The notes beneath the pieces are model-generated. The model made no database searches. It saw only the letters and a program-made list of their open reading frames with translations, and was not told the origin of the DNA. A stretch of DNA of 64,000 nt, taken from contig OZ316896.1 of NCBI GenBank assembly GCA_973895155.1, positions 9,559,525 through 9,623,524 on the forward strand, read 5' to 3'. The stretch is from Marsupella aquatica. Lineage: Eukaryota > Plantae > Marchantiophyta. Each line of letters starts with the position of its first letter. Positions within the stretch are counted from its first letter, which is position 1. The translations under genes were made by a program, and so were the position numbers. Shown here piece by piece: positions 26,072 through 37,067 of the stretch.

Positions 26072-26749
26072 GTTCCTGCTATGTATCCTTGTGTTGTGTG
26101 ATTCTTCGATAAATCTTCGAGGCTGAATTCTTGATTTCAAATCAGACGCTCCTCTTAGTGCAGCCGCGGCCCGCGGGGATGTGCCACTGAGGATTGAGGA
26201 AGACGCTCCTCTCAGTGCAGCCGCGGCCGTGAGCAAGTCATTCAAACGGAACCCCTACGTGGCACTTAAACACATTTGATAAACCCAGGTTTAACCCGTG
26301 CCGGGACTCCTTTTAGGTGCGAGATAAAGTTCAGACCCCCGGTTTTTTGGGACCCGATTTTGGGTACCGGTGGTCAATATCGGGCGGCGACCAGAGACAT
26401 CCGGGTGACCGGAAGGAGTCCTGTAACGCGCAGGGTTGAGACGCCCTAGTTGAGCATCAGTCATCAGATCTGGTAGTGATGCACTTGCTCGGGGCCCCAA
26501 CCAACCGGATTCAGTCCCGACCACTTTCAAAAAACATTGCCCCCTTATATATGTTTCTGGGGACCTGCCATCCCTAGACCACATTTGCCATCCAATTTTT
26601 GGCCGATAACCCAAAATGTACTCGTATCCCATCAGCGGAGCTGCGGTCGGCAATCATGAGAATTGAGCAAGCAGTGTTGAAAGTATGGACTGACGCAAGG
26701 GCCATGGCCGCGTTGTGGTTGGGCGAGGTGAAACGGCGACGAAACTCAG

Positions 26750-28400
26750 TCGAGGCATGGGAGGGCAAGCCCCGTGGCAGGCAAAGGCTGTCACAACCTC
26801 TCTTGGTCCGCGGACGCAGGCAGTCCAGGCGCAGCGTGGGATAGCCGTGGCAGGGCCCCCAAGGCGCAAGCTGGGGCTGTGGCACGGAGGGGCAAGTCAA
26901 GGGGCGGGGCGGCAGGGCCAGGGATCGATGGTCCAAGCGCAGCATGGGATGGTCGTGGCAGAGCCCCCAAGGCGCGAGCAAGGGCCGTGGGACGGAGGCA
27001 GGCAAGGGGTGATGGGGGGCAAGTGGCATGCCTGCCACCGGCCGAGGGCGGTCCAGGCGCGGGGCAAGCCAAGGGGCAGGGCACAATGGGCGTGCGACAG
27101 GGCTAGGGGTCGTCGGGGCTGGTCAGGAGCTGGGATTAGTGTGGCCTTGCCTGGACCAAGGGTGGAGGGCAGAGTGGAGGGGAGAGTCACGGAGGGTCGG
27201 AAGGCAGGGGCAAGGGCGGGCCAGGCGCGGGTGTGGCGGGAGGCAACGGGCATGTGGCCAATAGATGGCAGCGTGCAGTAGGGCATCGATGATAGTGTGG
27301 GTGTCGGGGGCCGATGGTAGTCCAGGCGCGGGGTGCGGCGGGACGCAACAAGGCAGGGGCAATCGGTGGCACAGTTTGGCAGGGCGTCGGGGCTAGCTGG
27401 TCGGGGCGGAATTTGGCGTGGCCGCACCTGGACCAAGGGTGGAGGGCATGGCCGCAGGGGAGAGTCAATGCAGAGGGGCAGGGTTTAGCGCGGCCGCGCC
27501 TGGACCAAGGGCGGCAGGGGCAAAGGGCAGGGGTGCTCGGAGGGCAGAGGGCAGACTAAGGAGGGGTGCCCAGGGTCAGAGGGCGGTCGGAGGTCGAAGG
27601 TGTGCCTCGCCATGACGCGCCTGGACTGGCCGAGCGAGGGAGCGACGGAGGCAAGCGAGCATGGGAGGCAGGCAGGGGGACTGAGGGGCGTCAGCCATGG
27701 GGGACGTGGCAGGGCACGCCACGCCTGGACTGGCCATGGCACGGAGGTGTCAGGAGGGCCATGCGATGGAAGAAGGGCATTTTCTGGGAAGCGACGGCGA
27801 GCGGGGCGGGTTCAGGCCCGGGTCCAGGCGCGGGGTTGCGCCGTTGCGCCGTGGCAACTGCGGCGTGTGGCCAAGGGCTGGCAATGGCAAAGGGGCGGAG
27901 GGCGGGAGAGGCGCGGGAGGGCACGCCACGCCTGGACTGGCCGTTGCACGGAGGTATCAGGAGGGCCGTGCAAGGGAGGAAGGGCGGAGGCATTTGCTGG
28001 GAAGCGACGGCGAGCGGGGCGGGTCCAGGCGCGAGTTGCTGCATTGCGCCGTGGCAACTGCGGCGTGTGTCCAGGGGCTGGCAGTGGTGAAGGGGCGGAG
28101 GGAGGTGGAGGCGTTGGGTTGCGGCTGCGGGGGTGCGGCGGGTGGGGAGCGGATGGCAGGGGCGGGGCAGAGGGGCAGTCCGCGGCAAGGCATGGCCACC
28201 CAGTGCACGGCCACCGCGCCTGGACTGGCACCAGGGTGAGCGGCGAGGCACGGCCACCCAGTAAGCCACGGGCAATTGAGGAAGGCGAGGGCAGACCCGG
28301 AGCAGGGGAGAAGGCTGGGCCGCGGGATACAGGCGAGCCAGGGTGATGGCGGAGGAGCCCCGAAGGAGGAGCCCCGAAGGAGGAGCGAGCGAGGGGGGAG
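26750..28400. repeat. Very GC-rich internally repetitive 5' region of the Helitron
   Basis: Approximately 207-bp duplication (~27712 and ~27919, both starting GGGCACGCCACGCCTGGACTGGCC); repeated CCTGGACCAAGGG and GGAGCCCCGAAGGA motifs. Confidence 0.75.
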
Positions 28401-29879
28401 ACAAAACAAACGAATGGCCCAAGAAAATCGCCAAAGAATCCAACGGTGGCATATCCTTCCCGCCCAAATGTCATTTTGTAAATGGACGAAAAGCAGAAAT
28501 GAGCGGCATCCAGTATTACAGTGTTAGATGGAATGCTATTGTACATCTAAAAAGTTCTTTAGTCTGCTTACCAATTCAGAAATGGAGGGAACAAACCTGA
28601 GCCGTCAGATTTTTTCACAAAAAACAACTGTGCTCTTGGATTGACCACGTATGTCAAATGATATGTTCATTTTAATTAGTAAAATAGAAAGTATATGAGA
28701 TGATACTTATCTGATATCTTATATGAGATGATACTTATGTGCCATCGTCTTCAATGTGTCTTTTTTTCAAGTATGAAATAATGAAAGTACAGACAGATGG
28801 AAGGAGAATCTTTTGGGGCATGAGAATTTTTGTATTTTTGCAGAGCCTATGAGACTCTAGAAGGAAGGAAAATGGGTTAATCTTCTCTTTGTTTTCCTTA
28901 TTTGCATTTAGTTGTACATTTTTTCTGTTTATTTAATGGTGCCAAATGTAAGAAAAAAAGGAGTAATGGAGTGGCATGGGAGTGAAGAAATAGGAAAAAG
29001 GGGGAGACAAAAAATTCAAATATTCCTCTCCCAATAGTATGTAAGCACCCGAGGGCCATTGTCTCTCTTACACTCCCTCTCACCTTCCAACATCCTTGCT
29101 CTCCCCAAGAATATAGTTTTCACAAAAAAACTAAATCTTCTTCCAAAATAAAATTGAAATGCAAAAGCAAAAGCAAAGTCAACTGTTTTTACATGTTTTG
29201 ATTATATTTTTTGTTTTACTTTTTGTAGAAAATAGGTCCCAAATTTGTTATCCCATCTATACCTCCAACATTCTCTTTGAAAATCTTTTCAAAAAATGCA
29301 TATTTAATGAAGGCCAAGAAGATCAAGCTCCCAACATCTTTTCTCCACAAGACATTTCTTGCTTGACGTCCCCCCTCATCTCTATTAGTCTCGCTTTTGC
29401 CCTAATTCTTTCCCCAACTGGGAGCCCAACTCTTTGCCCCCATTTGCATCTTTTGTCCAGTTTTTTGTTCCATCTTTTGTATCATTAACAATAAAAAATG
29501 GCCCAACTCTTGCCAATGTACGCTCATCACCCATTTGTGCCTTATCCCATATTTTTGTGTTGACTTGAATTACATTATTTGACTACATAATTTCATGTGC
29601 TATTTTGAACAAGATCTACGCATTGACAACACTTTTCACATGAAATGGGCAAGAAAGAATTATGGAAAATCCAATATTTTCAGTTTGATCTACCTAAAAA
29701 TCTCAGCTTTTAATCAACAATTCTTTACCTTACCTCAATGTATCTATGCAATGCATTGGCATCAGGCTTGGCAACAACATGGCAGCAAGACCAGCATAGC
29801 CACAACACCCTCATGACCAGAGTGACTACATCATCATAATGACGAGATGGTCGCAACAACATATGAGATGTCTAAACAA

Positions 29880-30467
29880 CTTGCATCTTTTTGCATTTCT
29901 TTGCCTCAACTCAAAATGTTCACATCACCCCAAATCTTTGCCTCAATGCAACCTACATTTAAACTTGCCTCAATATTTTTGTCTTCTTTTGCCTTGACAT
30001 CTTTGCCTCACCTAAACGTCATTCGCTTATCTCAAAATGTTTTTATCTACTCCGCTCACGTCGACATCTTTTCTCTCCTAAATTTTTTTTTCTTTCTTCA
30101 AAATCTTTTTCTCATCTCAACATCTTTTTTATCTCTTTGACATATTTTCTCACCTCAAAAGTTTTTGCCCACCTTGGCATCTTTTGCTCACCTTGACATA
30201 TTGTCTCTCCTTGAAATCTTTTTCTCATCTCTATTTCTCTCCTCAACATCTTTTGCTCACCTTGAAAGTTTTTCTCTCGGACTCAACCCTTTTTATCATC
30301 TGAACATCGTTTGTTCACCTGGACATACTTTCTCTCCTTGACATGTTTTATCACTTGGACATGTTTTGTTCACCTTGACATAGTTTTCTCTCCTCGACAT
30401 CTTTTGTTCACTTTGACATCATTTATCTCCTCGACATCTTTCATGCAACGCATGGGCATTGGGCTAG
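29880..30467 (+). mobile_element. 3' portion of a second, older Helitron of the same family in opposite orientation
   Basis: Degenerate GACATCTT(T/G)(T/G)CTCACCT repeats (reverse complement of the 12.6-13.0 kb array), hairpin CATGCAACGCATG (30442-30454), a 9-nt spacer, CTAG (30464-30467) and then T. Confidence 0.85.
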
Positions 30468-33400
30468 TAATATATATTACATTTTGCTGTGCAATTACCC
30501 GGACTCTAATTTTTGGGGGCTACCACAAGTCCAGAACTAAAGTTTAGCCAATGACAAAAACATATGGAATATAAATTTGACAATCTATAATGGTTTAACT
30601 TAACTACTAAATTACAGTCTACCATGTCTAAGTGCAGGCTCCCAGGAAGACCCCCAAGCCTGCAGTTATCCACATTATGCACTTCATCATAAGTGCATGT
30701 GCACTTCTCCATATGTTTCTGTTGCACTTTCCAATAAGTGCCTATGAAATCACTTATGCACGTACTTCCACAAATGTCTTGTCAGGTCATACACTTTGAC
30801 TTCATGAACCCAGAAGCCTCATAGTGTACGATTCAACTTAATAAGTGCATGAACCTACAATGTATAGTTGTTTGTTGCACTTATCAATACATGCTTCACA
30901 TATGTGTTGCAATCATTGATTAATGTATCTATATTCTTATAGGCGGAAAATGCCTTTATCTATTTATTGTTTAGTGATGGGCAACCTGCACTTACAGACA
31001 ATGCATTTTTTGGTGCATATACAAAAGAATTTGCTGTATTATTGAGGGACTACACGACCACCCTGCAAGTACCCATGACATGCAGTTATAGAAGCTGCAC
31101 TTATCCACGGTACACTGTAAAGTCATCAAATTTTGAGACCCCCTAGTAAATAAGTTTAATAGGAACACATCCACGTGAATTTCCATTCGGATTCCAAATT
31201 TTAAGTAGTAGGGTATAGCAAAAGTAACAAAACAATTTTAAGTAGTAGGGAGAATACAAAACGAGTTGAGTTAAAGTTGGATTCTTTGTGGGGTCTTCCC
31301 TTTCACTTTTCATCACTTATACTTAAAGAGTCAAGATTGTTTAAAATGCTTGTTACGGACCCCCTCCAAAATTCGTGGCACCAGAGCGTGCCACGTCAAC
31401 AACAATCGCAACAAACAAAACTTGTCAGTTTTGTGAATCAAACTTACAGTTTTCATTCGTGTTTACGTCAATTTGGGTATAAATTTTGGGACGCCATGCC
31501 GTAAAAAGAAATGCAAAGAGCAAGATGGGTAAAATTGTCACTATGTAACCATTTTAATTATGCATCCAATTTTAAAAATCAAATTCAAAGATTTGAAAAG
31601 TATTTTTCATATAATAACAAATGACTAATAACTAACTTGATAACTTCCTTGTTAAAGGGTAACTAGCACATGGAGTAAGATTTCCAACCCAATTCAGGCA
31701 AACTGCAAGCTATGGTCCGAATTGAACTTGAATTCAATGAATTGATACAATTCATTTGATCAGATATTGATCTGGTTTGATCTGGTTTCAAATGGACTTG
31801 CCACAAATTGACTATTGACTTTCTTAGCTTGAGAATTTGATTGCATGTAGCAAAAAAGCCTGATTTTGACAACTGCTTGTGATTATCATGCTGTCGATTT
31901 TGGCCTGCAAAGCAAAGTATTCATGTGGCAGTTGAAAAAATGTCAAATTGCTCGGGCCATGGCTGAATGGGTCCACAGTGATTTTGTGAGAAAATTTATC
32001 ATATTTGTCCAACACAACATGACTACCAGCTTCCCTTCCTAATCAGACTTCTATCTTCTGAAAGCTTAAGCTTTGCCCTTCTCCATTTGGTGAATAGTTG
32101 GGTCAAGGTCATGAGATTATTAACCTCTAATTCCAAACTTGCCAAATTCAAACTTCAGTGAAATCTCCAAAATTTCCAATTATTTGAAAGTACATTGACA
32201 AATCAGGTGACAAATATTCTAAAGAGGAGTTGGCTACTAGAAAGCTTAGGATTCCTTGTTGAGAAAAACAAGTATCACAATTGATCTTGAGAAAGTAGTG
32301 TTCTCAACTCAAATTGAGTGCTCAGGGCACTTCAGTGGTCAAATATAGTGCCATTTAATGCCTAAATCAACTAACTGAATAAAATTGTGCCTTGGGTTTA
32401 TTAATTAATGTTCTAAAATTAGTGAAAATATCTCATAGATCTTAAGTATTTTAATGTATGCTAGCAGAACATTATGGACCACATTAGCCTCTCAAAATGC
32501 AAGCTAAAGGCCCTTATTTTCCTGGTCATTATGAAGAAGATTGCAAAATCATATTTGGATGAGGTAATTAATTTCTCCTATACTTTCACTAAAATTTGTA
32601 AAACAATCTCATCAAAATAATCTGTGATACCATAGCATTTTGGACCATAATAGCCTCTCATAACTTGAGTTAAAGCTAATATTACATACATTCTGTTTAC
32701 TCAAACAAGGCCTAAGAAATGTACCAAGGGCCTCCACAAACTAATTGCGATCCAATTCTTTTGTGCATTTTTGCCGAGGGTGATGTCTTTTTGCCGAGGG
32801 TGATGTCGATGGTCTAGACGTTCCTACAGTATGTTCAAACCATCTCTCAGGGAGAACACCAAACGAGTTGAGCTATAGTCGGATTCTTCGTGTAAGATTG
32901 TCTTTGCAATGGTCAACTTTTCCTGTGACAGCTGAACAATTAGTTTGCTCGATTTGAAGACATTGTGCTTTCACAATCTGTACTTTATCTGGTATGCTTG
33001 TTGGACTTCATTGCCACAGCTCTCTCTGTGGATGCATAGCTTTAAAGCCGATGACACTGGAAAAACACACTTTGTTCCTTTTCTTCCTGGATCTTAGTCA
33101 ATCGTCTTGTTGAAACCTGCGTGCAAAACTGATCCGCATTTTGCACGGACCTTGCTTCCAATCCTAAACAATTTGAATATTAAGATACAAGCTAAGTTCC
33201 ACACAACAGGATTGTCATTCATCTGTGCTGATCATCCGTCGCTGATCACTCAGATGTATTGTAATTGTTAAGCAATCCCACACAACGCATAAAGAGTAGA
33301 GCTCGTTGGTTAATTATGAGGACTGTAACATTCTCCGTATGATCATTTTGATCTTCGATTCCCATTTTTCCGAATATTTTAGGTTCGGTTTGTTGAATTC

Positions 33401-35848
33401 GGCTCCAAAGTCCTGTTCCATAACATGCTCAATTTGTATCCTTGCAGATACAAGTGTTGCAATTCGAACAATCATCACGGTTTTCAAAAGCCCGTGGTGC
33501 GCTTGGGTTTTGTTGCAAATGACGACTGTTGTTGGACTATGGTGGGTGTCTTTGGTCTCAGACTATCCCAAATCCCAAATTCCAAATCCATACAATGTGA
33601 GCAAGCGTTTCCCTAAAACTGACAAATTCGAATAATCGGTGATACCAAGAACTCAGCGGCATTCATGAGTTCAGACTCCTCATTATCAGACAAGACAGCT
33701 CCTGTACTCGTGCTTGAGGATTGACTTCTTATTCTTGTGGGCATCGAAGAAATGGTTTCTAAAAAATGAAGCAAAGTTCTGACACGGAAGTACCTTCACT
33801 GAATTGGACCTTCGTCACTCTGCAGAGCGGTAACGTTGGCGAGTCTCACGTCACAGATCGCGCTAACGCCGCCCTACCTCCGCCTTCACTGTAATCATGC
33901 TCATCGATTTCTTTTGAGAAAGAAGGTCCTTCGCAGGAAAGCTACGGTAGGTTTGCCTTCTCTTGGGGAGCTTCTGTGTCGGTTTAGACAAATTATCGAC
34001 AGTCAAAGTTCTGTCAGAAAAGGCAAATCGTTATTTTCTTGGATCTGTGGGCTGACGAAGGAACCTCTTTAGTTAAAAGTGTGTCAAAGTCCGAAAGTTC
34101 CAATCCCACTCAAAACAAAAAGGTAAAACAAGCCAAGTTGTGCACCCAACAAAAAGGGTGTGGTATGCAAGGAAGTTAAAATACGTTTTTGCAACCAAAG
34201 ATTGCAAAACAGGTTACAACAAACGAAGGTCTACAGGACTGTCAGAATGAGAAGAGACCGTCGAGTTGTCCTTTCGAAAATAGCACGTCATGAGGTGGTC
34301 TAAACTTTTGCCGGAACTACAATATCCACGTAAGAATATTGGGAGATCCACTCCAGGTAATGTGAGATTGTCCATGTAACAGTGGAAGAAGTCTAGTAGA
34401 AGTGACCTGGTCAAATTGATATGAATGTTGTGAGTAAAATCTAGAAGCAGAATCTTGGAAGTGACGGCCCAGTTATTGTGCTCAGTCATTGTACTCGGGT
34501 TCTTGTGGATTCTGGCGCCTGAGTGAGGTCACCATCATAGAGCCAACACGCATGTGAGTGGCCCTGAAGAATGCAGCTCTGAACCTGACTCATGCCAGCA
34601 TATAAGTGAACGAGAGGTGTATGCCTGAACCCCCTCCTATGATAGGCCTGATGGCAAAAATTTTGGAGTTCCAAGGGCAAGGCTGGAAACTATCCCGCCC
34701 TTGAGATCCCGACCTCAAACTTCATAATAAAACGAAGTGTGCCCTGTGTAAGCTTCAGAGGATAACAACAACAGAGGGACACAACAACGAGCTTGTGCAC
34801 TTAAACCACCGCTGGCCATGTAAAGGCCATATGAAAGGAGGAGTGTCCAAAACCTCTCACTTTTTCACATTACTCTCCTCTACCCTGACTCTTTGGTACA
34901 CAATTTTGGGAAAAAGTACTAAAAATGGTGAAATCTGTGTAACCACATTTTTGTCTTGGCTAGTGGCGGTTTGACAACAACCAGCCTTGTGCACTTGACA
35001 CATTGCAGGGCAGCAGATCTCCTTTCATAGTTCTACCCAGCTTTTGGTCATCTGCGTTTGCTAGGAATCTTTTCGTTTGCCGCTGAAGAATCTCTGGAAG
35101 CAAAGGCGAATCAAGGGAACGGACATAAGAAATGAATTTTACCCACGGTTTTGTCTTCTGGGTTTGTGGTTTCTCGCGAGGCATCTTTCGTTGCAGCTGA
35201 AGGCTCTCTGGCCTCGATGCGCAATGACTGTGCCTCCTGTGGTTTCTAGTGAGGGGATCTCTCGCTGTGGTTGAGGAATCCCTGGCTTCCAGGCGCCAGG
35301 TGCGCTGCTGCCGTTGTACCCTTCCACTACTTCCCCTGAAGTTGATGGGATTTCGTGCTTAAACTAAGAAATACACAAGGAGACAGGTTTTCAGGGAGAG
35401 TATAACTGGAGGCACAATTTATCCCAAGCAGACACAGACAAAAATAGTTGACTGACGAGTTTGTTAAAATAATATATTCGATATCCGCGCTGAGCAAATT
35501 TGGCTAACAGAGTTGAAATATTAAAATACCATGTTGGCCTGCAGAGATCTGAACTGGGAGGCTGGGCTCGACATTCAGCTACATAGTCCGATGAGAACCA
35601 TTCTCTTCCGGGAAACAGAGTTGCTGCTTTCGTTCAATGAGTCACGAAGATTGTGGGCACGGCCAGAGTAACAGAACGAGTGATCGGGAAATACTCAAGA
35701 GCTCGAGCCAGGCAGATAGTCGGACCTTCTCTTCACGTTCTATAGCTCGGTAGGCAGAGAGCTCTGCGTACAGTGTATTGACTATCGAGTTGACTGTTGA
35801 AGTTGGCGGGCGTGTAGAGAGATCGAGACTGACTTCAGTTAGAGGAGG

Positions 35849-36947
35849 ATGGCGCAGCATGACTACAAAAAGTGTTTCAATCCAGGGCCCCTTGCCATGG
35901 AGTATGATGCTCCGGGCAAAGAGGAGAACTGGGATGGATTAGACGTCTACGTACAGTGGCCCGAAGGCGCTACCCAGGGCGTTGTGATAGCGACTGATGT
36001 GTTTGGTAACTCACTTCCCACGCCTGAGTTTTGTCTACATATTGCATGCGATAATGGCGGTCCTTAATTCATATTCTGTCTAGTTTTATTCACGGACTCC
36101 AATTCTGGAGTTCTTGTGTACATATGGGAAACGAATGGTGCGAAAAGGTGAGTATGCAATTTAATGTAGCAGTTCAGGTCTAGTGTTGAAGGGAGTTGCG
36201 AAGCTAAGGTAACATGAGTTCAGGATGATATTGCTTGAAATTTTATGAGAAACGTAGTCGGTCTCTACGACAGGCAGACTTTCTGATTCTGATTTTTGCT
36301 TCTGGCTTGTATATACAGGGTGGGAAAGACCTCTTCTAAGAAAGTTTGCCGATAAGATTGCAGCTGAAGGGTTTGTGACTGTGGTTCCGGACTTCTTCAA
36401 AGGAGATCCAATTAAACCATACCCATATCCCACTATGGAAGAAGCCCTGAAATGGTTTGCTAACCATCCTTTTGAGTCCGCTGCTGAAGACACCCTAGCT
36501 TCGATCAAGGTGTTGAAAGAGAAAGGCATCCAGTCGGTCGGTGTAGCTGGTTTTTGCTATGGAGGTAAAGTTGGAGCTATGATTGCGAAATACGCTGACG
36601 TAACCAATGCAATAGTAATTTTGCATCCTGGAAGAGTCACAAATTTGGATATCAAGTCGGTGAAGATACCCTTTGCAATCTTGGCAGCTGAATTTGACGA
36701 CCACTGCTCTCTAGAAGAAGTGGAGGAGTACAAGACGATCCTCGCATCACAGAATGAAGTGGAGTATATGGTAAAGGTCTTCATAGGACAGCATCATGGC
36801 TGGGCTGTGCGCTACGATGAAAATGATCAAAAGTCTTTCCAGCCTGCGTACGAAGCGCAAGCAGATACGATTAACTGGTTGAAAAAACACCTGAATCAGC
36901 CACATAGAGACAGTAGTAGTACTGTTCAATGTAGATCTTCTGACTAA
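35849..36947 (+). CDS. Dienelactone hydrolase family alpha/beta-hydrolase (endo-1,3;1,4-beta-D-glucanase-like), 261 aa
   Basis: Exons 35849-36005 and 36319-36947. Motifs: DVFG, ADKIAAEGF.TVVPDFF.GD, nucleophile GFCYGG, LHP, AEFD and HGW.VR. Confidence 0.93.
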
Positions 36948-37067
36948 AGCAAGAATCTCAAAGGATGTCAATCCATTTGTCAGTTGGAGGAGTTACTTGT
37001 AGATCTTCTGACTAAAGCAAGAATCTCAAAGGATGTCAATCCATTTGTCATTTCCAGGAATTACTTG
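36930..37067. repeat. 68-bp tandem duplication spanning the hydrolase stop codon
   Basis: TGTAGATCTTCTGACTAAAGCAAGAATCTCAAAGGATGTCAATCCATTTGTCA is identical at 36930 and 36998. Confidence 0.9.

Larger units (their letters stand above)
18915..26447 (+). mobile_element. Complete PIF/Harbinger-superfamily (Pangu-like) DNA transposon, 7533 bp
   Basis: Perfect 12-bp TIRs AGGGCGTCTCAA (18915) and TTGAGACGCCCT (26436-26447). The 3-bp TSD AGT lies at 18912-18914 and 26448-26450. There are related GC-rich subtermini, and a convergent transposase and ORF2. Confidence 0.92.
12563..28700 (-). mobile_element. Autonomous-type Helitron (decayed), carrying a nested Harbinger-superfamily insertion
   Basis: The 3' end on the - strand is hairpin CGTGCAACGCACG (12588-12576), a 9-nt spacer, CTAG (12566-12563) and then T. 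RepHel coding spans 18.4-13.1 kb. The candidate 5' end is A|TCTCATATACTTTCTATTTTACTAATTAAAA at 28700 (alternative 28728). The 3' end is firm; the 5' end is inferred. Confidence 0.8.

Noticed and set aside
26574-28546. Many long overlapping ORFs on both strands
   Set aside because: A consequence of very high GC and internal repeats; low-complexity G/R/A/P translations with no domain.
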